Of a stretch of DNA of 49,154 nt, positions 37,501-44,239 are shown piece by piece. Each line of letters opens with the position of its first letter. Position 1 is the stretch's first letter. The translations under genes and the position numbers were made by a program. Source of the stretch: a virus (lineage: Duplodnaviria > Caudoviricetes); IMG/VR virus record IMGVR_UViG_3300005764_000024, positions 1 through 49,154 of that record; one strand, 5' to 3'. The notes below the pieces were generated by a model, which was not told the origin of the DNA, did no database searches, and saw nothing but the letters and a program-made list of their open reading frames with translations.

Positions 37501-38141
37501 ATCGTGCTGGTCCCGGTAACCGTGATGCCGCCCGAGAACGTCGCCTTGGCCTGGAAGGTCTTGGCGCCGGCAAACGTCTGCGCCGCCGTCGTCACCACAC
37601 CGCGCGCCGCCGGCCCCGCGTCCGGCACATTGAGCGTGAGCGCATTGCCCAGCGCGGCCGGGCTGCCGGCGACATTCAGATCGGCGCCAGCGCTGCCCAG
37701 GCTCAGCCCGATGGTGTTAGGCGAGACGTTGATCATGGTCACATACATCGGCACCCAGTGCGTGCCGTTCCAGCCCAGGAACTGGCCCGGCGTGGCACCG
37801 GCACTGAGCAGCTGGAGCGCATTGATCATGACGCTGGGGGTCTGCGGGAAATTGACACGGATCTGCCCGACGTTCACCGAAGGCAGGTTGGGAATGATCC
37901 AGTACTCTTCGTAGCGCGCGCCTTCATCCAACTCGTAGACCACGGTATAGTAGACGCCCAGCGGCTGCGCGTTCAGGTTCGAGTACAGGTTCACATCGAG
38001 CACGCCATCGACGATCTCGTAGGTCTGCATCCCTGACGCGACGGCCACCCCGTCAAACTGAAAGACCGGCCAGGTGATGACGACCTGGCCGTTGATCTTG
38101 CGGCCGTCGGCGTAAGTGAGCGTGTCCTGTACGGTAGTCAT
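34554..38141 (-). CDS. Tail fibre with C-terminal peptidase S74 chaperone
   Basis: ERMR[LI]T..G..G[IL]GT modules; SDSRIKQNI...LHPKKFEY...VVAQE..VLP. Confidence 0.85.
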   Translation of the reverse strand: MTTVQDTLTYADGRKINGQVVITWPVFQFDGVAVASGMQTYEIVDGVLDVNLYSNLNAQPLGVYYTVVYELDEGARYEEYWIIPNLPSVNVGQIRVNFPQTPSVMINALQLLSAGATPGQFLGWNGTHWVPMYVTMINVSPNTIGLSLGSAGADLNVAGSPAALGNALTLNVPDAGPAARGVVTTAAQTFAGAKTFQAKATFSGGITVTGTSTIAGYVPTSRKISPGYGLASTPAGTTDLSADRTFLVVDNTSNQRVQVYQNTVLAGTRHALNFIAGPGMLLTIADNPSSDWVDITLESQGGGGGGGGGSLPIGSASGDTMVWDATPAPGFWTVLPKGAAGTVLSATTTGLTWIPGVHQSPWLTAIDAANYQLNNLAGLGVGTAANASFPVYVYAVGGSGGAQYPVMVLTAGVNNFGVVHEETAAAGMAGFLCINDATQNAGFCIGGSAYSVTAWRGNAVILSNNDIVFANGAGNYPERMRLTRAGFLGIGTASPTRPLAVAANGGAPSVTFNGGVPFLRLESEASWSEPMLEFAEMTNPPIACIAAKNTGGGAGDLIFLTRVSTASAAVERMRITSGGNAGLGTSTPGDKLTVISNDNSDSGGCLQLWSNNQTQHADYSFGGITSSYWFRISSGAGNPLSLQPNGGQVVIGLTAAPVGYPVFIHAAANANLAISGPAAYGGSVCISVGNDVWSTNTPLEIRGAPVVVTQGNFQVWQSIWVCSATADTSYGSAAIQVRETNQVAGGQASNPWAPRISFHWAGRVANQIGMDANGTIRTFDNPGSGFANFSCSSLGINTVSPICSFEVYHPGGPFVYSMSLGQGASSGALAAITGNGPWGLYFGLGPNGTSWIQGGRTDSGTAYSMSLQASGGYVAIGTTANNAIDPLTVTGIAYGQIRLAYGSYGCILRNDSSYFYCPLITNAGDPWGAFNGLRPFSVDLGSGNVSMSHHVSIGNGLALTGSQTITNGWLKTDASAYTNQAGDLGVCRIQNTGTGAVYFGSSGTHYIYWDGTNFNITNSVSINGNCNVTGQFLINGQPGIGGIVVSSGSAQVCSGATPARPQLCFQNGSGMALSVLDVPAQNLVMISYGYVSDSRIKQNIVDLAGGLSVIDQLHPKKFEYGGQCGFTSGTRGAAVVAQEFQAVLPDYVSTFPTKLHPEDKESTPLLTYDPAVLTCHLILAVQELSRRLKVLEGSV

Positions 38142-38143
38142 GG

Positions 38144-39745
38144 TTATGCCGGAGGACTGGAGCTGATGTTCCAGCCCGCCGGACCCTGCTGGCCCTGAAT
38201 GCCAAGCGAGGCCCAGAAATTCTGGCCGTTGTAATAGAACTGGATCATGAAGTAGCCGTTGCGGTGGTAGATGCGGATGGTATTGGGCGGCAGGCCGTCG
38301 GTCCCGCCCTGCGCGCTCTCCATAGCGATCGAGCTGCGAACTCCATTGAGGCCGGTAGTCGTGCCCGGCTCCGCACCGATATGAATCGTCCCCAAGGGAT
38401 GACTGGCCACCGTGCCGTGGATATCGAGCCGCCCCGACGGCTGGGTCAGGCTCAGATAGTTCTGACCGCCGGCCGAAATCAAATTGCCCGAGGCGTCGAT
38501 CGAAGCCACCTGCTGGCCGGCCGAGTTCTGCCAGACCTGCAGATAACCCTGACCGGCCGCGCCACGCACCATCAAGACCGGCTGGCCGGGATTGTCGTTG
38601 AGAATCGCCAGGCGCGCACCGTAGTCGCCATAGGCGCCGATGGTGACATTGCCGCTCGCGCGGATGAAGGACACCACACCATGGATGGGAGCGCCCGGAT
38701 CGTTATAAGCCACCAGGTAGAGGTTACTGCCTACGTTGCCGCCGGTCTCGGCCTCCGCCGGCGAGTAAAAGTTCCAGCGCGCCGCCCCGCCGGTTGCCCA
38801 CAGAATCTGGCGTATGTTGCCGCTCGTCGGATCGTTGGTATCGAGCCACATCTCGGGCACCAGGTTGTAACCCAGGTGCAAGGTATGGCTGGGAAAGGGC
38901 AGCCCCAGGCCGATCCCGACCCCGGCCCGGGCCGTGATCCGGCTGTCCTGCGTGAAGGTATTCGAGGCGCTCGAAAAGTAGATCGCATAGGCCACCGAAC
39001 TGGTGATCGAGGCGCCGATTGCGAGCGTGATCGTGGCCCAGCCAAGCGCCCCGCCGCCGGTGACCTGAAGCACCTGGCCGGCAGCGCCAACGGCCAGCGG
39101 CGCCACTGCCCCCGACGGGCTGCGGTAGTAGAGATCGTAAGGCGCTGCGCCATAGCCGGCCGTGTTGATGGTGAGAGCCGTGGCGGTGGTCGGCGCATTC
39201 AGGCTGACCGGGCCGGGGGGATTAAACGTCACCGGCTGAGTAAAAGTTTGCGGAGACGTATAGGCCAGACTGCCGTTGACCGTCAGGTTGCCGGTCACCA
39301 GCACATTGGCAAACTGCGGGTTGGCGAGCGCCCCCGCAACCCGGCCCGTGCTGCCGGCGCCATCGGCATAGATGATGGCCGCGTAGCCGGCCTGCAGGGT
39401 AAACACGCCTCCGGTGCCGGCCTGCATCTGGAAATTGATCGGAAACCCGCCCTGGGTGTTGTTGCTCATCAGATAGAGCTTCTTGGCAGTGTTGGGCGAG
39501 ATATTGACCGTGGCGTTGGCGTTGAGCGTGCCATTCCACAGGATGACCTTGTTGTGGCCCTCGCTGGGGCCGGTCTGCGAGGTGATCAGCGTATAGGAAG
39601 TCGAGGAGAGCGTGATCGGCAGATTACCATCGGTGGCGGTGTCGATCTCGTCATAGCTCCGGTTGGCGGTAATTCCCCAGACGCCCGCCTGCTCGCCTGT
39701 GCCCGGCTTTTCCAGTTGCAGGTTCTGTGTGTATGTGGAAGGCAT
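38144..39745 (-). CDS. Proximal tail fibre/spike protein
   Basis: MPSTY..NL.LE..GTGEQAG.WG...N N-terminal attachment motif; beta-rich body. Confidence 0.78.
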   Translation of the reverse strand: MPSTYTQNLQLEKPGTGEQAGVWGITANRSYDEIDTATDGNLPITLSSTSYTLITSQTGPSEGHNKVILWNGTLNANATVNISPNTAKKLYLMSNNTQGGFPINFQMQAGTGGVFTLQAGYAAIIYADGAGSTGRVAGALANPQFANVLVTGNLTVNGSLAYTSPQTFTQPVTFNPPGPVSLNAPTTATALTINTAGYGAAPYDLYYRSPSGAVAPLAVGAAGQVLQVTGGGALGWATITLAIGASITSSVAYAIYFSSASNTFTQDSRITARAGVGIGLGLPFPSHTLHLGYNLVPEMWLDTNDPTSGNIRQILWATGGAARWNFYSPAEAETGGNVGSNLYLVAYNDPGAPIHGVVSFIRASGNVTIGAYGDYGARLAILNDNPGQPVLMVRGAAGQGYLQVWQNSAGQQVASIDASGNLISAGGQNYLSLTQPSGRLDIHGTVASHPLGTIHIGAEPGTTTGLNGVRSSIAMESAQGGTDGLPPNTIRIYHRNGYFMIQFYYNGQNFWASLGIQGQQGPAGWNISSSPPA

Positions 39746-39945
39746 CAGTACTTCTCCCAATCGCGCGCCGCCGGCTTCGGCAGCGGCATCCAGGCTGCCG
39801 CCGGCCGCGAGCGCGAGCGCCAGCGCGTAGCCGGCCGGCCGGTCTCTTTCCAGAGATTCTCTACCGCGACGTAGCCGATGCCCGAGGTGAGCATCGGCAT
39901 CTGCACGCTCACGATCACATCGAAAGGTGGAGCGGAAGGCGTCAT
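39745..39945 (-). CDS. Small hypothetical protein
   Basis: Fills the gap with ATGA/TGATG coupling on both sides. Confidence 0.5.
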   Translation of the reverse strand: MTPSAPPFDVIVSVQMPMLTSGIGYVAVENLWKETGRPATRWRSRSRPAAAWMPLPKPAARDWEKY

Positions 39946-40367
39946 AACAAACGAATCAAAGCCGTGGCCGGCGCCGGCGGCGGAAACTTCACGCGGAAGC
40001 TGCCTTGGTTGGAAGACTTGTCGAAACCAAAGTCCAGAATCGCGATCGCAGCATCCGCGAAACTCCGGTTGTAGATGAGCGCGCCGCGGGCCGTGAGCGT
40101 CGACCCCGTCCAGATGGGATCGTTCCAGGTGAGATAGGCCGTGCGCGCCATGGGGCCGAGCACTTGCACCCCGGTGAGCTGCTGCCCGCGGGCCGTGTAG
40201 CCAGGGCCGGAGATCTCGCCGTCGGTAATGTAAGCCGTGGTGGTATCCACGTCGAGCGATGCGCCGGCGTTATAGAGCGCAATGAAGATCTCGTCCTCAT
40301 CCAGGCAGTGCTCGCCCAGCAGCAGCTGGCACTTGAAAGAAGAGCACAGGCCCGAGCCACTGATCAT
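39942..40367 (-). CDS. Conserved virion structural protein (tail module)
   Basis: CSSFK..LL.G.H...F.IALY...TTAY....E..G.GYTA.G..L...TARGALIYN...LDFG.DK. Confidence 0.75.
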   Translation of the reverse strand: MISGSGLCSSFKCQLLLGEHCLDEDEIFIALYNAGASLDVDTTTAYITDGEISGPGYTARGQQLTGVQVLGPMARTAYLTWNDPIWTGSTLTARGALIYNRSFADAAIAILDFGFDKSSNQGSFRVKFPPPAPATALIRLL

Positions 40368-40993
40368 ACCTGTACCCTCGCGTCCGGCTCCTGATACGTG
40401 TCTTTCTTGGTCCGGCCTTTCGCATACTCTTTGTCCATGGCCAGGTCTTTCTCGAAGGCCTGGTCGTAGCGGACAAACAGATTGTCCTCGCTCTTCATGT
40501 AGATCGCGGCCTCAACCAGCGATCCCGTAACTAGCGCATGAGCAAAGTGGTCGCCCAGCCAGCTGAGCCCCTGATCGACGATCGATGGCGGCTGGTAGTA
40601 GTAGCCCATGCGCACCGGATAGGCAAGATCAGGCGCCGGCCCGAACTTGAGGGAGACCTCGTTCAACTGGGCATAAAAGCGCGGCGTGGCCCTATAAGTC
40701 GGATCGGGATAACACTCGTCGAGAAACTCGGGGTCTTTGTTGACCGGAAAAACCAGGCCGCTGGTGGTCACCAGGATCAGCGAATCCGGCGCCAGGAAAT
40801 CGCTGGGCACCGCCAGCAGGGGGTCGGCAACCACGGTAGTGGCAGTGACGTCTTTGCGAAAGCGGGGCAAGCGTACGCGCAGCACGATGCGCGACTCCGC
40901 CAGGCGAACGAAGGTATCGATGTTCTCGACAAACGAAGCCTCAAAGTCCTGCGCGTAAGTCTGGATCACCGCCCTCAGCTGCGCGTAATTCAT
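40364..40993 (-). CDS. Head-tail adaptor (tail tubular protein A-like)
   Basis: MNY.QL...IQ.Y...F..NI..FV..AE.RI...P.DFL...P.FY...GP.PD..Y...Y...P.S...WL...L..GSL.EA..YMK. Confidence 0.78.
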   Translation of the reverse strand: MNYAQLRAVIQTYAQDFEASFVENIDTFVRLAESRIVLRVRLPRFRKDVTATTVVADPLLAVPSDFLAPDSLILVTTSGLVFPVNKDPEFLDECYPDPTYRATPRFYAQLNEVSLKFGPAPDLAYPVRMGYYYQPPSIVDQGLSWLGDHFAHALVTGSLVEAAIYMKSEDNLFVRYDQAFEKDLAMDKEYAKGRTKKDTYQEPDARVQV

Positions 40994-40995
40994 GC

Positions 40996-42126
40996 TCAGT
41001 AGATCCCGCTAAAACTGCACCCCTTCGATGCGATGCCGCATCCGCGCACCTTGCCCCCTTCGGCGAACTTCAACTTCTTCGGCGGCTTGTTGGTTTTTGG
41101 GAAACCCTTGCGCTCCTTGGCCGCGCCACCGGCCGCCATCCGGTCGCAAGCGCCGCCTTTGTTTTTCTTGAAGCCCTTCAGGGTTTTCGCCAGGCGCGCC
41201 TTTTGGCCGATCTTGCCGCCCTTCTCGGCCGCGGCATCCAGCTTCTTCGATGGGATGCTCTCGCCCTTGGGCGTGCCCAGCGCCTTGCGCAGACTGCCTG
41301 GCTTCTTGATCGCGCCCTGAATCCACTTGCCGCCCTTCTTCATGCCGGGCGGAGGCAAGCCCGGAGGCCCCATCGGAGGCGCAGCCGCGGCCGGCCCACC
41401 ACCCGGGGCCGCCATATCGTAAGGGCTCGGTGTAGGCACCGGGGCCGCTTTCTTGGGTGGCTTGCGCTTCATCACCCCGCCCTTGGCCTTTTTGATCGAG
41501 GCAACCGGAGGAACATCCTCGGCCACTTTGTTCTTGCCCCACTGGCGATCGGGGCGGGCCTTCTTGGCATCGGTATCACCATCCTGCGCGACCGCTCCGC
41601 CCTTGGCGAAGCCTGGCGGCGCCGCGCCCATCTGCGCCTGCTGCGCCGCCAGGGCAGCTTGCAGCATCTGCGGATTGGGGGGAGGTCCCCCGGCGGGCGG
41701 CGCACCCATCCCGGCCGGCGGCGGCATCGGCGGAGCACCACCAGGCAGCGCGCCAAGGGATGCACCACCCGGGCCAGGCGGCGGAATGGGCGGCGGAGCC
41801 ATGGCCCCAGGCGGAGGTCCACCCGCGCCCGGCCAGCCAGGCGCCGGAGCACCCGCTGGCCCACCCAACATCGGCGGGCCGCCGGCCATGCTGCGCCGCT
41901 GCATCAGCGCCTGCTGGATCGCCTGCGGATTGAGGCCGGGCGCCGCGCCCAGACCGTTGCCGGGAGCGCCGGCCGTAAAGGCGCCGGTGCCGGCGCCGCC
42001 GACCGGAGCCGGGATCGGATTCACCCCACCCACCGGCGGCGGTGCTCCGGCCGATCGCATCTGATTCATCGCGGCCGCGGGATTAAAGCCCCCCATCTGA
42101 AAACGTCGGGCTCCTCGCATCCTCAT
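40996..42126 (-). CDS. Pro/Lys/Gly-rich probable internal head protein with many xxxGG motifs
   Basis: FQMGGF, FAKGGAV, KAKGGVM, MKKGGKW, KNKGGAC, MAAGGAA, FAEGGKV; KWIQ.AIKKPG.LR..LG...IP..KL..AA...G..G..ARLA.TL block. Confidence 0.75.
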   Translation of the reverse strand: MRMRGARRFQMGGFNPAAAMNQMRSAGAPPPVGGVNPIPAPVGGAGTGAFTAGAPGNGLGAAPGLNPQAIQQALMQRRSMAGGPPMLGGPAGAPAPGWPGAGGPPPGAMAPPPIPPPGPGGASLGALPGGAPPMPPPAGMGAPPAGGPPPNPQMLQAALAAQQAQMGAAPPGFAKGGAVAQDGDTDAKKARPDRQWGKNKVAEDVPPVASIKKAKGGVMKRKPPKKAAPVPTPSPYDMAAPGGGPAAAAPPMGPPGLPPPGMKKGGKWIQGAIKKPGSLRKALGTPKGESIPSKKLDAAAEKGGKIGQKARLAKTLKGFKKNKGGACDRMAAGGAAKERKGFPKTNKPPKKLKFAEGGKVRGCGIASKGCSFSGIY

Positions 42127-42464
42127 GGACCAACCTCCTCCTTCTCGATCGCCGCCAGAGCCGCGCGCTGAGCGGGCGTCGGCGGGCTACCGTTAATCCA
42201 GTTGCCGGGCGGCGAGAGCGTGCGGGAAGCCGTCAGGCCGGTGTCGGGCCGCGCGTTGCGCAACGCCTGGGCGTCAGCGACCACGTAGCGGTCCAGAAAA
42301 TTCTGCGGGTGATCGGGGTCCCAGCAGGTCGGACAGGAAAGCAGGCCGGTACGCCTGCCGCGCACCGTCGTGCCCTTCAGCTCCAGCAGCTTGCACCGAA
42401 TGCCGCAGATATCGCATATGCCCCAGGCATAGCGGCCGGTGGCGAATTTGTTGGAGTGCGGCAT
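42123..42464 (-). CDS. Zinc-binding head/tail-module protein
   Basis: FA.G..A.GICD.CG...CP.CWDPDHPQ...D.QALR..RPD. Confidence 0.75.
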   Translation of the reverse strand: MPHSNKFATGRYAWGICDICGIRCKLLELKGTTVRGRRTGLLSCPTCWDPDHPQNFLDRYVVADAQALRNARPDTGLTASRTLSPPGNWINGSPPTPAQRAALAAIEKEEVGP

Positions 42465-43168
42465 TACAACCTCTCATAGCCTCCGGGGACGAAACGGAAG
42501 GTCGCGCGATCACGGTCTTCGTCACTGGCCAGCTGGAACTGCTCCTCGTAGGCGGCCTTGAGCGCATCGGCCCGCTGCACCACATTCGGGTCGGTGCTCT
42601 TGAGCGCCAGGTAGTAGGCCAGGCCGGCGATCATGGCCGGAATGAAACGCCAGGGAATCTCGGGCACGCCCTCGCCGCCAATCCCAACCGACTTCATGCG
42701 TCGGAGGCGCCAGGTGACCAGCTGACAGACGGGCGTCAGGTCTGGCACCATCCAGACCAGGAAATAAGGCTTGATCTGACGCCGGATGTTGATGATGTTC
42801 GGCCGGCCGGAGGCATACTTGTTGGGGATGGCCGCGTATTCGCTGATGGTCATGCGATCGATCGGCAAATCATTGGGAGTGCCCACGCCGAGCGCGCCCG
42901 GCCAGGTACGCACCGCATGCTCGATCAGATCAACGGTGTCTTCGGGGAGGCCGTACTGATAGACGCCGGGCTGCAGATTGATCGCAATCGGGCCTTCAAT
43001 GGTCCAGAGGTTGAGACCGCGGTTGGCCCACTCGATACTTAACAATTCCAGCGAGCGCCGCGCCGAGCGCAGGGAATAGCCAGAGCGGAAGTCGATGCCG
43101 GCGCGATCGGACGCCTCCTGGGCGATCTCCACGACGTCGAAAGTGGGCCAGGCTACCGCGCTTCCCAT
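42464..43168 (-). CDS. Second head-tail adaptor-like protein
   Basis: EI..EA..R.G...RSGY.LRSARRSL.LL..EWANRG.NLWT...P.RF.P....GLAYYLA.K...LK..YEE.F..A..EDR. Confidence 0.78.
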   Translation of the reverse strand: MGSAVAWPTFDVVEIAQEASDRAGIDFRSGYSLRSARRSLELLSIEWANRGLNLWTIEGPIAINLQPGVYQYGLPEDTVDLIEHAVRTWPGALGVGTPNDLPIDRMTISEYAAIPNKYASGRPNIINIRRQIKPYFLVWMVPDLTPVCQLVTWRLRRMKSVGIGGEGVPEIPWRFIPAMIAGLAYYLALKSTDPNVVQRADALKAAYEEQFQLASDEDRDRATFRFVPGGYERL

Positions 43169-43320
43169 CAGCCCGCCTTTCGCGCCTGGTTGAGGGCGAT
43201 CGCGATCGCCTGCTTGCGATTTTTGACTACCGGCCCCTGTTTGGAGCCGGAATGCAACGTCCCCGTCTTGAACTCGTGGAGGGTCTGTTGGACCTTCGCT
43301 CGCCTCGGTTTGGCCAGCAT
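43168..43320 (-). CDS. Small basic DUF6496-like protein (50 aa; not in ORF track)
   Basis: Hand translation MLAKPRRAKVQQTLHEFKTGTLHSGSKQGPVVKNRKQAIAIALNQARKAG*; TGATG-coupled to the next gene; TATAAT 8 nt upstream. Confidence 0.8.
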   Translation of the reverse strand: MLAKPRRAKVQQTLHEFKTGTLHSGSKQGPVVKNRKQAIAIALNQARKAG

Positions 43321-43328
43321 TTGAGGCG

Positions 43329-43377
43329 ATTATAGCCCAGTGATGCGAATATGGGACTTGGAATAATTTCGTCTTGC
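43329..43377 (-). promoter_or_regulatory. Promoter of the main structural operon with degenerate 15-8-15 operator
   Basis: Minus-strand TATAAT (43329-34); GTGATGCGAATATGG-N8-ATAATTTCGTCTTGC (43340-77). Confidence 0.65.
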
Positions 43378-43379
43378 GT

Positions 43380-43829
43380 TTAGTCGACTGGCTGGCCGAG
43401 CAGCTCTAGCGCCTTCTCGTATCCCGGCCAGCTTTCGATGGTATCGAGCCCGGTCAGGTAAAAAGCCCGGAAACACTGTTCCAGCGGGGTCAGCTCGCGC
43501 ACCTCGGGCATCCGGTCGAGGACTGCCACGCGCAGCATCCGCCGTTGCGATTCCACCCCGATGTTCTCCACCACATACCGCACCTTGGCCGGCACTACCG
43601 GCGCCTGACCCTGCTCGCGCATGTCCAATAACAAGCCGCGCTCCAGCATGTCGGTAATCCGCCGGCCGCTGGTCTTGATGTGGTCGTAAGCGAGATCCAT
43701 GATGGTCTTGTCAATCCTGACACTGATCTGGACCTTCTCTTTTTTGCGGCCGCGGCGGCTTTTCTTGGCTTTGGTGGGAAGACCCTCCTTGGTCGCGCGC
43801 ACCGCCACGGCATTTGTCTTTTTCTTCAT
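43380..43829 (-). CDS. Putative RHH-type transcriptional regulator (candidate repressor)
   Basis: KVQISVRIDKTIMDLAYDHIKTSGRRITDMLERGL fits RHH; divergent from the replication operon; operator-like sites on both sides; RBS GGGGAG. Confidence 0.65.
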   Translation of the reverse strand: MKKKTNAVAVRATKEGLPTKAKKSRRGRKKEKVQISVRIDKTIMDLAYDHIKTSGRRITDMLERGLLLDMREQGQAPVVPAKVRYVVENIGVESQRRMLRVAVLDRMPEVRELTPLEQCFRAFYLTGLDTIESWPGYEKALELLGQPVD

Positions 43830-43851
43830 CTAGCGTTCTCCCCGACTGGCT

Positions 43852-43898
43852 GAAATACGAATTTGGCGCTTGACTGAATTTTGTATCTCGATCAAAAT
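43852..43898 (+). promoter_or_regulatory. Replication-operon promoter overlapped by 15-8-15 operator
   Basis: TTGACT (43870-75)-N17-CAAAAT (43893-98); GAAATACGAATTTGG-N8-TGAATTTTGTATCTC (43852-89). Confidence 0.72.
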
Positions 43899-43975
43899 CG
43901 TCTCCAGTTCGTCACAAACAGCTCACCGGCTCCGTTGCGAGCGATCAGCCGGAAAGCGAAAGGACCTGACGGCAT

Positions 43976-44239
43976 ATGTTGCACGCCCCCACGTCCCCCA
44001 GCAACCCGCCTTCCAGTTTAGAGCAGAATTCGAATAATTCTTTATATCTTTCGGCAAAAACCGATGAGCTAAAAGAGCTAGTACGCCTATTTGCCTCACC
44101 CGGACTGACCGGCCGCGTCCTTCGAACCCTCGCGTATTACACCCAGCATCCCCAGCCCCCGCAGCGGCCGGAAGACATCGAGATTTTGCTGACCGTCTCC
44201 ACCGCCCTGCGCCTGGCCTTCGGAAGCAAAGAGCGATGA
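43976..44239 (+). CDS. Hypothetical protein
   Basis: First ORF after the promoter, ATGA-coupled to the helicase; AT-richer codons. Confidence 0.5.
   Translation: MLHAPTSPSNPPSSLEQNSNNSLYLSAKTDELKELVRLFASPGLTGRVLRTLAYYTQHPQPPQRPEDIEILLTVSTALRLAFGSKER

Noticed and set aside
15172-38141. Diversity-generating retroelement or shufflon acting on the fibres
   Set aside because: No reverse transcriptase, no adenine-specific template/variable repeat pair, and no invertase with repeated crossover sites in the window.
38264-39874. 536-aa plus-strand ORF, and similar 8253..9593, 29748..30887 and 47030..48211
   Set aside because: Antisense shadows of well-supported genes.
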